Part shown: positions 1 to 9,419 of the stretch, one piece after another | How the letters are laid out: each line of letters opens with the position of its first letter | Position numbering within the stretch: position 1 is the first letter of the stretch | Virus record (IMG/VR): IMGVR_UViG_3300020576_001396 | Span: 1 to 64,000 of that record | Length of the DNA stretch: 64,000 nucleotides | Source: a virus | Lineage: Duplodnaviria; Heunggongvirae; Uroviricota; Caudoviricetes | Strand: one strand, 5' to 3' | The notes under the pieces: generated by a model | What the model was told of the DNA's origin: nothing | The model's input: the letters and a program-made list of their open reading frames with translations, nothing else | Database searches by the model: none | Program-made: the position numbers and the translations under genes

Positions 1-137
1 AAATCTATTGTTTCAATAACAGGGCTGTAGAACCCGTCATCTTCCCTAGTGTAAAAGTGTACACCAACTGGGATATTCTCTGTGTTTGTTACTCGGTAAG
101 TATTACCGGTGTTCCAACATGATACTTCTTTATACAT
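1..137 (-). CDS. Partial CDS running off the left edge. Its N-terminus MYKEVSCWNTGNTYRVTNTENIPVGVHFYTREDDGFYSPVIETID... lies in the window. Hypothetical protein.
   Basis: Minus-strand ATG at 137..135 with an open frame to position 1. The overlapping plus-strand ORF 86..580 looks spurious. Confidence 0.25.
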   Translation of the reverse strand, partial: MYKEVSCWNTGNTYRVTNTENIPVGVHFYTREDDGFYSPVIETID

Positions 138-494
138 CCTTTTATTTTATTAATTTAATTATACAGGTGAATATACACACTTCAAGAGCTGGGGTCCATC
201 CTGTGAACAGGTACGCTAAGAAGCTTACTATCGCGATGTGTTCCAGTCTTATTGTGTATCCTTTACTTTCCCTGTCCAACATTTTTCTTTACGTATTGGT
301 CTGCTTTCTTATTAAAAGTCTGCTGACTCTTGGCATGTACTCCTGGCCTTTTATGGCGTGGCTTGGAGACGTGTTTGCCGATTGTTTGTTTAGCCATTTT
401 TATCTTTTAGTTTATAATACCAGGCTACAAGTAGTAGGACTAGTAACCCTAGCATTAAGCCTTGTATTAAATTACCTTCTGCTACTATACTCAT

Positions 495-2768
495 TTAACT
501 GCATTTTGTGTAGCCGCAGCTTTTACATACTGCACAGCCGTTTTCCATTACCATTCCGTTACCGCAGGTGTCACACTTGACCCCCTTAATCTCAGTACCC
601 TCTGGTATATATTGCTTGAGAATTCTAGCCATTGCTTTGGTGAAACTTGTTAAGTCCCCCTCAGTCTTGTTTAGTTGTTCAACTATAAACTTAATCTCAG
701 CACCGTGTCTTAATGAAGTAGATATTAAACGTGTGATGGCCGCCTGGTCCTCTGTAAGTTTCTCTGTAATCGTACCGTAGGTGAATTCACCGTCTTCCGA
801 TACAAGAGTGTACTTACCACTATCTATCTTCACTACATTATACTTATACGTAGTATTAAGTAAAAAGTTGTCTTTTTGTACATTAAAAGCAAATAATTCG
901 TAAGGTTTATTTTCAAGTAAGCCTATTAGAATGGCAAACTTGTCCCCCCTGACAGTCGCATACGCAAGCTTGCAGGGAAGTGTTTTAGGGCGTTTAGGAG
1001 CGCTATGACTTTCAAACTTACTTTGCTTCTTTGTTTCTTTGGTATTGAGTACTCCGTCCCTACACCCGTCTCTGTAGACAGTGATGCCTTTGCAACCTGA
1101 CTCCCAGGCGTAGACGTATATGGCCGCAATATCGCTTTCAGTGGCGCTACTTGGGAGATTGATTGTGGAACTGATGCTGTGGTCGATGTGTTTTTGGATT
1201 GTGGCTTGGAGCTCGACTCTAGCCCTGGGGCTGATTTCGTGCGAGGTGCTCCCTTTGTACGACGCCGGTTTGCCGTACTCTTCGTATTTTGGGTGGTATA
1301 CTGTATACTCTTCCCACTTGTCTCCATTTTTGTCAACGTATACTATATTATCTGAGTTATCTACTTTTCTTCTTCTTGTGTATTCTAAGCAAAATACAGG
1401 CTCTATACCACTGGTAATACCTGCTAATATTGCTAATGAGCCTGAGGGTGGTACTGTTAATAAAGATATATTACGCCTTTTTACAGGGTCTATATTTTTA
1501 TCATAGGCACCAAAAGCACCTCGTTCTTCTGCCATTGTTATACTGGAGCTGTAGGCAGCTTCTTTAAATGTGCCATACATACTATCCGCAAATAACCTAG
1601 CTTTCTCTGAACCGTATTTAAGATTAAGGCCTGCAAAACAATCAGCTAAACCTATTGCTGATAATCCTGTTCTACGACCTGATAGAAGTTTTTCTCTTAT
1701 TTTAGACCATAATAAAATCTCCCTTGACGTAGTATCTATGTCTTCATTACTACTGTCCAGTTTGTCTAATATTAAATCTATTTTATTTTTTTCAAGTTCT
1801 ATTACATCGTCCATCAAACGTTGTGCGTTTGTTGTAACTTCTATGAACTTATCTGTATCAAATCTTGCATCTTCTGTAAAGGGGTCTATTACAAAGCTAA
1901 AAAGGTTTATAGACATTAATCTACATGTGTCATAAGGACACAGCGGTATCTCCCCACAAGGATTTGTAGACACAGATTTGAATGCTTCATATTTATCCGC
2001 AGGACTATTATTTATAATAGTATCCCAGAATAAAACACCTGGTTCAGCAGTCTTCCAAGCCTGGTGTATCAGTTTACCCCACACACGTGTGGCGACTGCG
2101 TCGCCTGCTTGCATGCTTCGCATGAAGGCATCGGTAACCTTTACACTTATGTTACAGCCTGTTAGTTTGGTAAGGTCTGACTTAGATTCTATGAAGGCTT
2201 CTACGTCTGGATGGTCTACATTCATAGTAAGCATTAGAGCGCCTCTACGGCCACCCTGTGCCACTTCTCGTGTAGAATTAGAGTAGCGATGCATGAAAGA
2301 AACAGCGCCTGTAGAAGTGTTTGCTGCATTGTCTACGAATGAACCTGAAGGTCTTAGGTGAGATATGTCGTGACCTACACCAGCCCTACGTTTCATAAGT
2401 TGAACTTGTTCCTCATCGATTTTACAGATAGACCCATAAGAATCAGTAGTGTCACCAATGACAAAGCAGTTACCCAAACTAGTGTATGAATAATTATTAC
2501 CAATCCCATAAAGCATCGAGCCACCAGGGATAACGTATTTGAAATCTTTGAGTAACTCATATATATAGTCTTCTGTTAACGGGTTGGGATAGTTAGCTTC
2601 TATCCTAGCAAACTCTTTAGCCATCCTATGGAACATGTCGTCAGGAGTAGCCTCAAGATATTCACCTTCTCTATTCTGTAAGCAGTATTTATCAACCCAC
2701 ACGTTAGCTTGCAGGTCGTTACCTTTAAAATATTCTGTTGCTGTCCTTAATACTTGTTCTCTAGTCAT
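495..2768 (-). CDS. Ribonucleotide reductase catalytic subunit, probably class II (adenosylcobalamin-dependent, NrdJ-like). It has a C-terminal Cys-rich zinc-ribbon tail.
   Basis: 757 aa. NPCGEIPL active-site motif (class II NPCGE type) and an N-terminal ATP-cone-like region. C-terminal CDTCGNGMVMENGCAVCKSCGY cysteine cluster. No small-subunit (NrdB) gene is adjacent. Confidence 0.7.
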   Translation of the reverse strand: MTREQVLRTATEYFKGNDLQANVWVDKYCLQNREGEYLEATPDDMFHRMAKEFARIEANYPNPLTEDYIYELLKDFKYVIPGGSMLYGIGNNYSYTSLGNCFVIGDTTDSYGSICKIDEEQVQLMKRRAGVGHDISHLRPSGSFVDNAANTSTGAVSFMHRYSNSTREVAQGGRRGALMLTMNVDHPDVEAFIESKSDLTKLTGCNISVKVTDAFMRSMQAGDAVATRVWGKLIHQAWKTAEPGVLFWDTIINNSPADKYEAFKSVSTNPCGEIPLCPYDTCRLMSINLFSFVIDPFTEDARFDTDKFIEVTTNAQRLMDDVIELEKNKIDLILDKLDSSNEDIDTTSREILLWSKIREKLLSGRRTGLSAIGLADCFAGLNLKYGSEKARLFADSMYGTFKEAAYSSSITMAEERGAFGAYDKNIDPVKRRNISLLTVPPSGSLAILAGITSGIEPVFCLEYTRRRKVDNSDNIVYVDKNGDKWEEYTVYHPKYEEYGKPASYKGSTSHEISPRARVELQATIQKHIDHSISSTINLPSSATESDIAAIYVYAWESGCKGITVYRDGCRDGVLNTKETKKQSKFESHSAPKRPKTLPCKLAYATVRGDKFAILIGLLENKPYELFAFNVQKDNFLLNTTYKYNVVKIDSGKYTLVSEDGEFTYGTITEKLTEDQAAITRLISTSLRHGAEIKFIVEQLNKTEGDLTSFTKAMARILKQYIPEGTEIKGVKCDTCGNGMVMENGCAVCKSCGYTKCS

Positions 2769-2857
2769 GTCTATATTTTGGTATTTCTGTTTCTTTTACA
2801 CTTAACCCACATAGTATGCAGGTGTACCAATCCCCACTGGGGGTTGAACGCTCGTAC

Positions 2858-3172
2858 CTAAACTGATGCGTTTTGCAATCTTTCCTGTCCATTCTGTTTC
2901 TCTAACCACATCATAAATACTAGGCAGCAAGCAGCGTGACTTAGGTGTGTTTCACCTGAGTCTGGGTCTATTAACTCCCCTTTCCTATGTGCTACCAAAT
3001 GTCTCATCATAGCAGCGTAGTAACGTTCTTTACCGTTCTCAACTAACTGCCAGTTGTTTGGAGCATATTTGACAGCCCCTGAAGTTAGTACTTGTACTAT
3101 ATCTTCTATGCAATCCATAGGGAGTAAGTCCCAACGAAGTTTACCATTGTCTAGTTTCCTACCTTCTTCCAT
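2858..3172 (-). CDS. Conserved phage protein with a KLRWDLLP motif (DUF5664-like). This motif is found in phage proteins annotated as dATP/dGTP pyrophosphohydrolase-associated domains.
   Basis: 104 aa ORF. The KLRWDLLP...VLTSGAVKYAPNNW motif is recognised from memory only. Confidence 0.45.
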   Translation of the reverse strand: MEEGRKLDNGKLRWDLLPMDCIEDIVQVLTSGAVKYAPNNWQLVENGKERYYAAMMRHLVAHRKGELIDPDSGETHLSHAACCLVFMMWLEKQNGQERLQNASV

Positions 3173-3446
3173 TCTTTTTATTCTTCTTTTCTATTTTAAT
3201 TTCAGCTTTAACTGAGAAATATGTGCCTACCCAAGACCCTATTATAATAGGTATGATATTAACTAACCCCTCTGTTACGCATAAATATGAGCCTAGAATC
3301 CCTATTACATACATCATAGCCCCTGTGTTCGAGGCCTCTATAGGCTTTAGTTTGCTTGTAGCTATTGTGTTCTTGGTCCCTATATACTCGTATATGATAT
3401 AGGACGGGAGGATGGCTAACCACAGCCACAAGTTTATCTGCTGCAT
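3159..3446 (-). CDS. Small membrane protein
   Basis: 95 aa with two hydrophobic segments and a basic C-terminus. Overlaps an alternative ORF 3259..3468, which was not chosen. Confidence 0.4.
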   Translation of the reverse strand: MQQINLWLWLAILPSYIIYEYIGTKNTIATSKLKPIEASNTGAMMYVIGILGSYLCVTEGLVNIIPIIIGSWVGTYFSVKAEIKIEKKNKKNGRR

Positions 3447-3457
3447 AATCTTCCATA

Positions 3458-3655
3458 TTAATCCTCATCTTCTATTTCTGTTTCGAGTATCACTTCAGGA
3501 TGACGACACTTTGAACACACACTATTGTACTTGAAGTCAGCAATGAAAGATTGACCACACTGGGTACATTCCTGCTGTATCTCAAACCATTCACACTTAT
3601 CTACATCAAACATAACTATCGTTGTTAGTATATACTTATACGTAATGAAACGCAT
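3458..3655 (-). CDS. Small zinc-ribbon protein (CxxC...CxxC)
   Basis: 65 aa with CTQCGQ...CSKCRH pairs and an acidic C-terminal tail. Confidence 0.45.
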   Translation of the reverse strand: MRFITYKYILTTIVMFDVDKCEWFEIQQECTQCGQSFIADFKYNSVCSKCRHPEVILETEIEDED

Positions 3656-3671
3656 AAAGTTGCATTATTTT

Positions 3672-3698
3672 AAATAAAAAAGGCCCGTTACCGAGCCT
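3672..3698 (-). terminator. Rho-independent terminator candidate for the minus-strand gene 3697..3882
   Basis: Hairpin GGCCCGTTACCGAGCC (one mismatch) followed on the minus strand by a T-run (plus-strand AAATAAAAAA). Confidence 0.35.
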
Positions 3699-3882
3699 AT
3701 GTGCCTAAATCAAACTTATGACCTAGCTTATTTAAATATTCCCTTAATTCGTATTCTCGATTCTTGGCCCATTTACGTTGTCGCAGTTTAACAGCTTCCC
3801 CGTTCTTCCAATCATCTTTACGTCCTACCTCTTTCTTTATCCTCTTCTTCATTCTTTTCAGTCCTAAGCACAGGTACCCCAA
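3697..3882 (-). CDS. Small basic hypothetical protein
   Basis: 61 aa ORF, K/R-rich. Confidence 0.35.
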   Translation of the reverse strand: MGYLCLGLKRMKKRIKKEVGRKDDWKNGEAVKLRQRKWAKNREYELREYLNKLGHKFDLGT

Positions 3883-4109
3883 AGTAAACAGTGTCCTGAC
3901 TGTCTATTTGTAGTTTAGCGATGACTATTCTAAGTACTTGGTATTTAGCCTAACGCAACTATTCACCTTGCCACTTATGGGCTGTTGCCGTACTTTTTTA
4001 TTTCAACTCCTGTTGAGATAGAGGACTCCTCACTATGTGTGTTCACACCCCCTATGTTGTCTTTTCGGATACGAGCCCTACTCAGAGATAACACTACCTT
4101 ATACGATAT

Positions 4110-4138
4110 AAAACAAAAAAGGTTACACGAATGTAACC
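4110..4138 (-). terminator. Rho-independent terminator downstream of the GroES-like gene
   Basis: Perfect 7-bp stem GGTTACA-cgaa-TGTAACC followed on the minus strand by TTTTTTGTTTT. Confidence 0.55.
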
Positions 4139-4168
4139 CTTTACAGTTATTAAATTGTGATAACACAT

Positions 4169-4552
4169 TTAAGCTTTACCAACAAGCTCGTACCTACGTA
4201 GAAGCTTGGCATCTTTTAGAAGCTCAAAAGGCATCCCCGCGGTCCTAGGATAGAAGACAGTATCCCCCACCTCTAAGTTCCTTAAACGTTTTGGTACATC
4301 CTCGTCAGCATATTCAGTACCTAATTTGATAACAATACCTTTCTGTATGTTAGCTTCAACTTTTCTCTTCTCAAACTTAGGCTCAGTCTGTTCAGCCTCA
4401 TCTAAGTTGCTAGGCTCCTTGTCTAAGACAGGGAATTCCTTAGTTACCATTACAGGCTTCATTGGTTTAACCAGTATCCTGTCATCCATTGGCGTGTACT
4501 CTATCTTTATAGATAAGTCTTTAGCCAGTTGTTTATTATCTTGCATATACAT
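4169..4552 (-). CDS. GroES-like (Cpn10-fold) co-chaperonin candidate
   Basis: 127 aa. ILVKP...IQKGIVIKLGTEYADE...EVGDTVFYPRTAG...LLRRYELVG resembles the GroES beta-barrel pattern (mobile loop, then VGD.V.F). Confidence 0.45.
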   Translation of the reverse strand: MYMQDNKQLAKDLSIKIEYTPMDDRILVKPMKPVMVTKEFPVLDKEPSNLDEAEQTEPKFEKRKVEANIQKGIVIKLGTEYADEDVPKRLRNLEVGDTVFYPRTAGMPFELLKDAKLLRRYELVGKA

Positions 4553-5548
4553 GTATTTATAGTTATATATACGTAATATACTGTATAAGGTTACATATAT
4601 AGGTTATTTTTATGTGATATATCCGCATGCGTATGGTACCCTCATTCAAGCCTCCCCGATGCGTGAGTGGCGACGAGCACCCCCCACGGTCGACTCGCTC
4701 TTTCGATTGTTTCACAAATCTCAAATCGCTATGTCAACAAAATCTAAACCTTCCGCAAAAGCTTCAGCTTCAGACTTTCCTGACATCGACGGATGTGTCT
4801 ATCTCGGTAGCAGAGCTACACTCAACAAACACATTGCTCGTGTGCAACTACCTGATGGTAGTTACATCCAAGCATGGTCTGACAACAAACCCTCAATGCC
4901 TATCGGCAGTGAGTGTTCAGTCAACCATAACACAAGGTCAGACAGTTACAACTTATGGTCGTAACAGTCTTTGTCAGCAATGTTACAGTCCCCTAAAGGG
5001 GATTGTAACCTTTTGACACTATAGCAATTAGTCAATCATGGCTATCATTCAATGAATATATAGCACATGCAGGTAACAGGATGGGCTGACTGCATTTAAA
5101 AAGCACAGTACAGAAACAAACATTGTTATGCTTCAATGTATTATTCACAATCATTAACTACCAAACACAATAGTTGTAGGCGTATAAACTAGAAACCTTC
5201 ACAAACATTTATCTAAAAGCACTATTGAGACGACTATCAGAATCGAGATAGACTTAATAGTGCTTTACTTTGATTAGCCAATCACTCGCAATAAACGTTC
5301 ATCTGCCTAACAAGGCGTCTATTTATAATGTGTGGCAACATTATAGATATGATTACCACGATGTCGCGAGTGATTTAAAATACTATCAATACCAGAACTG
5401 TTATGAAACGTTACTGAGTATACAAATTCAATCAGCCTTGAAGTGACCCTGGTGCAGGTTATCCTAGACACAAATAAAAATACATAGGACACGTAACTGT
5501 GAATTGCACCCTTAATTGAAATCACTAATCAATTAAATATATATCGCT

Positions 5549-5902
5549 ATGAAACAAGCTACAACAACAAATGGTTTTGTTATCAGTACATTAGGTAATA
5601 TCAAATGGAATGATAATGAAGAACACCTCAATGAATCAACAGTTGAGATGAGTGAACGTAACTTTCGTATTCTATTAAGTCTTATCCCAAAGACTGATGA
5701 GAGTAAAGCAGTACACATTGATTGTCTTCGCTTAAGAGCTAAGATGAATGAATTAAGCTATAAAACAGATAGAACAAGGAAAGAATACAATGAAATCCTT
5801 GAATCTGAATTAGCTTATAGTATATTCGTTGAAGACATCAAAGAGTTCAATACACCTGACATTAAGATAGTCGGTAAGATTGACCTTAACAAATATGTGT
5901 AA
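5549..5902 (+). CDS. Hypothetical protein
   Basis: 117 aa ORF. First plus-strand gene after the 1-kb divergent intergenic region. Confidence 0.55.
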   Translation: MKQATTTNGFVISTLGNIKWNDNEEHLNESTVEMSERNFRILLSLIPKTDESKAVHIDCLRLRAKMNELSYKTDRTRKEYNEILESELAYSIFVEDIKEFNTPDIKIVGKIDLNKYV

Positions 5903-6345
5903 TGTCAAAAGACGTTATTGATAATTTGTGTATCTTTCTCAAATTATTGTATGAACAAACGAAAGATAAGGCTGTACCTATAAAGATATATGAAATGGCA
6001 AACAAATATAAATTGCCATACTATACTGCAATATCAACAGTATTAATATCCAAAGGTATAATTGCTAAAATAGGCTCTAATAGATTAGGATTCACATACA
6101 TGTGGATAACTACTACAGAACCAAATAAGCATATGGCCGAAGCCGTACTTAATGAGTGTAGAATGAAATGTAATCCTAAGAAAGTTACAGTTGACAATAC
6201 ACACATTGTTTATGAAGAACAAAAGAAATTACCAACAACTATTGACATGCTACAAATGTATGTTGATGAACTTAAAATGTCTTTAATTTCAATGGGATTC
6301 TCTAAAGAGAAAGCACTTGAGATAATAAAAGGACATTTACATTGA
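5902..6345 (+). CDS. Hypothetical protein
   Basis: 147 aa ORF, start coupled to the previous gene's stop (ATGTAATG). Confidence 0.55.
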   Translation: MSKDVIDNLCIFLKLLYEQTKDKAVPIKIYEMANKYKLPYYTAISTVLISKGIIAKIGSNRLGFTYMWITTTEPNKHMAEAVLNECRMKCNPKKVTVDNTHIVYEEQKKLPTTIDMLQMYVDELKMSLISMGFSKEKALEIIKGHLH

Positions 6346-6462
6346 TATCACACAAAGTGATAGTAGTGTAATCCTACAACGCTGTGGATAAGCGTTTAAA
6401 CAAGTATGTCCTACAAGTCCTTGTTCATATTCTATTTATAGAATTGTATACAGGGGCACCCT

Positions 6463-6534
6463 GTTCCCTTCGTCTAGTGGTTAGGACGTCACCATTTCAT
6501 GGTGGATACGGTTGTTCGATTCAACCAGGGAATA
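6463..6534 (+). tRNA. tRNA-Glu (anticodon TTC)
   Basis: Hand-folded cloverleaf. Acceptor GTTCCCT/AGGGAAT (one G-U pair). D-arm GTCT-AGTGGTTA-GGAC. Anticodon stem TCACC/GGTGG with loop ATTTCAT (U33, TTC, A37). T-arm GGTTG-TTCGATT-CAACC. CCA is not encoded. Confidence 0.8.
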
Positions 6535-6573
6535 CTAACTAACAATAATTACTAACAAACAACTATCGCTATT

Positions 6574-6768
6574 ATGAGTCAGACAGAAAGAACTTACGGC
6601 AATACCAGTCGCATGGAAGGTGTAATTCGTTCGCGTTTTACATCATCACATATGAATGCGACATATGGTAAAGACAATAACATTGTCCCAATAGACTGTG
6701 TTACATGTCAGAAGAATACAACGGGTAAAATACCCAAAGATAAAAAATGTAAACTAATTTGTGGCTAA
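6574..6768 (+). CDS. Hypothetical small protein
   Basis: 64 aa ORF. Confidence 0.3.
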   Translation: MSQTERTYGNTSRMEGVIRSRFTSSHMNATYGKDNNIVPIDCVTCQKNTTGKIPKDKKCKLICG

Positions 6769-7142
6769 CATTAACAACTATTAAAATGCTTACCTCTATT
6801 TTGTACATGGGTTGTGTATTCAGCTTATTAGTGTTTAGCTTAATACAAATTGACCTATTCAAGTCAAAAACACTACAGAACAACGACACAGCTATACGTC
6901 ATCGCAATATTGCGTTAATGTGTGGCATTCTTTGCATAGTCTTAATAATAGCTTTTCTAGCTAATATAGACGAATTCCTCAGTAATAACCAATCCAATAA
7001 ATTGTCTTATGAGAGAAGAACACCAATGCAAGAACACTCAATTCAAGCAATTGAATTGCGTAGCTCTCTTAAGATAAAACAGGATAACGGTCCACTTACC
7101 ACTGAGAGAGTTTATTACTTAAATCAACCAATCATCCAATGA
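6759..7142 (+). CDS. Hypothetical membrane protein
   Basis: 127 aa with two strongly hydrophobic segments. Confidence 0.45.
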   Translation: MWLTLTTIKMLTSILYMGCVFSLLVFSLIQIDLFKSKTLQNNDTAIRHRNIALMCGILCIVLIIAFLANIDEFLSNNQSNKLSYERRTPMQEHSIQAIELRSSLKIKQDNGPLTTERVYYLNQPIIQ

Positions 7143-7403
7143 TACTTCAATGGTCAGTCATTAGAGTTAAAGCAGTCAGAATAATGATTACTAAGACTAA
7201 ACAAACTACACATGTTACATTAACATTTGTAACTAAGACTCTACCATTAGAAGAAATGTATTTGTCGTAGCGATAGACAATGTAAATCGTGCTTAGGCTT
7301 AAACCAAACAGTTGTGGGAACTGGAGCCTGAGCCGATTTATTTAAATTAACGCTAAATTATTTCGAATCAGTCAACGTATTTATTAATATTAATCAACCA
7401 GTT

Positions 7404-7928
7404 ATGGAAAACGTATCTTACACTAACGACATACTCAAAGATGCAATCAGAAAGTATGAAAGTTTTGATGCTACTATCGAAGGCCCATTATCAGCCTCTA
7501 ATGATAAGCAGTATTACAAAGCCAAATTCAAAGCATCAACAAAAGATGATGACGGCTTCATAGGGCAGTCTAAACTGTACACCAAAGTATTCTTCGAAGA
7601 CAGCCATTCACTGTTATTCGCCGCAGCCGCTGACGCACTGGAAAACAATACACCACTCAAAATCAGAGCAGGTCGTGTTCAGATTCCTTGCAAACCATTC
7701 TACATCCTCGATGCAGACGGTGAAAAACAGAAAAAAGCAAACGGTGAATTCAGAAAAGGTAAAGTTATCACTCTCTTCCTCATCGCTGATGAGAACTGGC
7801 GTGCACTTTATGATGCACAGTGTGACCAGCTCACCAAAAATGGTGCGTGGGTACCTGAAGAAGTAGCCGATGAAGAAATCGACGTCGAAGAAGAAAAAGC
7901 AAAAGACGTTAAGAAACCAAAGAAATAA
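7404..7928 (+). CDS. Hypothetical protein with an acidic C-terminal tail. An SSB-like role is possible but unproven.
   Basis: 174 aa. GC and NNC-codon usage are distinctly higher than the neighbours. The C-terminus is EEVADEEIDVEEE. Confidence 0.55.
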   Translation: MENVSYTNDILKDAIRKYESFDATIEGPLSASNDKQYYKAKFKASTKDDDGFIGQSKLYTKVFFEDSHSLLFAAAADALENNTPLKIRAGRVQIPCKPFYILDADGEKQKKANGEFRKGKVITLFLIADENWRALYDAQCDQLTKNGAWVPEEVADEEIDVEEEKAKDVKKPKK

Positions 7929-8120
7929 TCCTCGCGGATTATACCACTGCGATGCTATCAAAGTACCGTAGTCTAAAGCCAGGTAACGCAGTCTACACAC
8001 CTCGTAGACTGCTTACTCTTTGGGCTTCGCACCAGAGATTACTTTAGGCTTTTACTAATAAGCTTCCCTTTGGGTTGCAACCAAGAACATGGCTCTAACA
8101 AAAATTAAACAACCATTAAC

Positions 8121-8564
8121 ATGGCTATAACAAAGAAATTATCAATCATTATTATCTTTATGTTATGTGCAATATCAACATTTGCACAAACATACATGAT
8201 ACAGTGTGAATCTGTTACAGTATCAAACTATAACAAATACACTAAAACATGGAACGACTTTGGTAAACCTACCGAAAACGACTGTATTATTACAGTTAAC
8301 CCTGAAAAGAATGTAGTTACCATATCAAATGGTTACAAGGATGCATTCAAATTAATAATAGTAATAGAAGAGCTTAAAGGTAAAGACCCTAATGATGGTG
8401 ACCCTTACAGGCGTTTCGTATATATTGCTATTGATAAGGAAGGTAGAAGTCTCAGAATAGTATTAACGTATTACGATTCGGGTGTACGTACATTAACTGT
8501 AGTATACAACGATATACGATATCAATATCAAGGACACTTAATTGATTTTAATACTGAAACATAA
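8121..8564 (+). CDS. Secreted or exported hypothetical protein
   Basis: 147 aa. N-terminal signal-peptide-like MAITKKLSIIIIFMLCAISTFAQ. Confidence 0.55.
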   Translation: MAITKKLSIIIIFMLCAISTFAQTYMIQCESVTVSNYNKYTKTWNDFGKPTENDCIITVNPEKNVVTISNGYKDAFKLIIVIEELKGKDPNDGDPYRRFVYIAIDKEGRSLRIVLTYYDSGVRTLTVVYNDIRYQYQGHLIDFNTET

Positions 8565-8791
8565 TGCCAAGAAAAGTATTTACATTCTATGGTGTACAAT
8601 TAATACGTAAACCTGCTCTTTCTAGCGAGGATTTCTGTAAAGGTTGCTATTTCCATAGAGAAGGTAAAAATGTCTTTAACACAAGACATCTTTGTGTAGA
8701 AAGACATACAAATAAAATGCCTAATTACCCATGTATAATAAAAGGTAAAGATGTTATCTTTGTCAGAAAGGATAAACATGGGAAAAGGTGA
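8564..8791 (+). CDS. Hypothetical protein
   Basis: 75 aa ORF coupled to the previous gene. Confidence 0.35.
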   Translation: MPRKVFTFYGVQLIRKPALSSEDFCKGCYFHREGKNVFNTRHLCVERHTNKMPNYPCIIKGKDVIFVRKDKHGKR

Positions 8792-8915
8792 TGGTAAAAC
8801 TAAACGCGGTAAGATATTCAAAAAATCTTATGGCCGTACTCGTCCAACTATTAAATCATTAAATAAAATCAAAAAAAATGAAAGGATTCAAAAGCTGGAT
8901 ACGACATCTACATAG
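8778..8915 (+). CDS. Ribosomal protein bTHX-like small ORF
   Basis: ORF below the track cutoff. ATG 8778 to TAG 8913-8915, 45 aa: MGKGDGKTKRGKIFKKSYGRTRPTIKSLNKIKKNERIQKLDTTST. The N-terminal GKGD-KT-KRGKI--SYG-RP pattern matches Thermus/Bacteroidetes bTHX as recalled. Confidence 0.45.
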   Translation: MGKGDGKTKRGKIFKKSYGRTRPTIKSLNKIKKNERIQKLDTTST

Positions 8916-9048
8916 TAGATTCTGGTGTTTATATCAGAGTTGTGGGGGTTATACAGGTACATATGCTAACTGTATTAATTGCCCTGCATATCATCCTAAC
9001 AAAACTAACTGCGAAATAAAAGATGATAAAGAAAATAATGAGACGTGA
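8878..9048 (+). CDS. Small Cys-rich hypothetical ORF
   Basis: Found by hand: MKGFKSWIRHLHSRFWCLYQSCGGYTGTYANCINCPAYHPNKTNCEIKDDKENNET. Overlaps the bTHX-like ORF in another frame. Confidence 0.25.
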   Translation: MKGFKSWIRHLHSRFWCLYQSCGGYTGTYANCINCPAYHPNKTNCEIKDDKENNET

Positions 9049-9235
9049 AACCAGGTCAATTCTAATAGACAAGGAAATATTCGATGAATATCGTAAAATG
9101 GAAGATACAATATATTTTTTAGGTATACGTATCTATCAGAAGAATTACGTACAAAATATCGATTATAAACAAGCTCAATTGGAGAATAAATCTATCGGCT
9201 TTGCTAAATCAAATCAAAATGAAAAAACAAAGTAG
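9023..9235 (+). CDS. Hypothetical protein
   Basis: 70 aa ORF. Confidence 0.3.
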   Translation: MIKKIMRRETRSILIDKEIFDEYRKMEDTIYFLGIRIYQKNYVQNIDYKQAQLENKSIGFAKSNQNEKTK

Positions 9236-9413
9236 TAATCGAATTAAACGAAAGAATTTAAATTCTCGTTTAAGAGCTAAAAAAGCTAACAAACATAAAG
9301 GTCAAAGTTTCGTTAAGAAAGTTATGGCAGATAAAATTGTCGTAAACGACTCAGTGAAACCAACTTCAAAGCACATCTGGCCAAATCAGGCCCAACCTAA
9401 AGGAGTATTTTAA
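9219..9413 (+). CDS. Small, highly basic protein. The start is chosen at the AAATCAAATCAAAATG motif rather than the track's non-ATG start at 9201.
   Basis: MKKQSSNRIKRKNLNSRLRAKKANKHKGQSF... K/R-rich N-terminus, loosely ribosomal-protein-like. Confidence 0.4.
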   Translation: MKKQSSNRIKRKNLNSRLRAKKANKHKGQSFVKKVMADKIVVNDSVKPTSKHIWPNQAQPKGVF

Positions 9414-9419
9414 TAGTAT

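Noticed and set aside
86-580. Plus-strand 164-aa ORF
   Set aside because: It overlaps the RNR gene's 3' end and a better minus-strand partial ORF. The sequence is low-complexity and hydrophobic with no start context. Probably spurious.
926-2286. Several 100-136-aa ORFs in alternative frames or on the opposite strand inside the RNR gene
   Set aside because: They lie entirely within a well-supported 757-aa conserved CDS. This is typical frame noise.
4614-5016. Two overlapping plus-strand ORFs (116 and 129 aa) in the divergent intergenic region
   Set aside because: They overlap each other in different frames, lack the start motif seen on real genes, and have GC-rich atypical composition. The region is better treated as non-coding.
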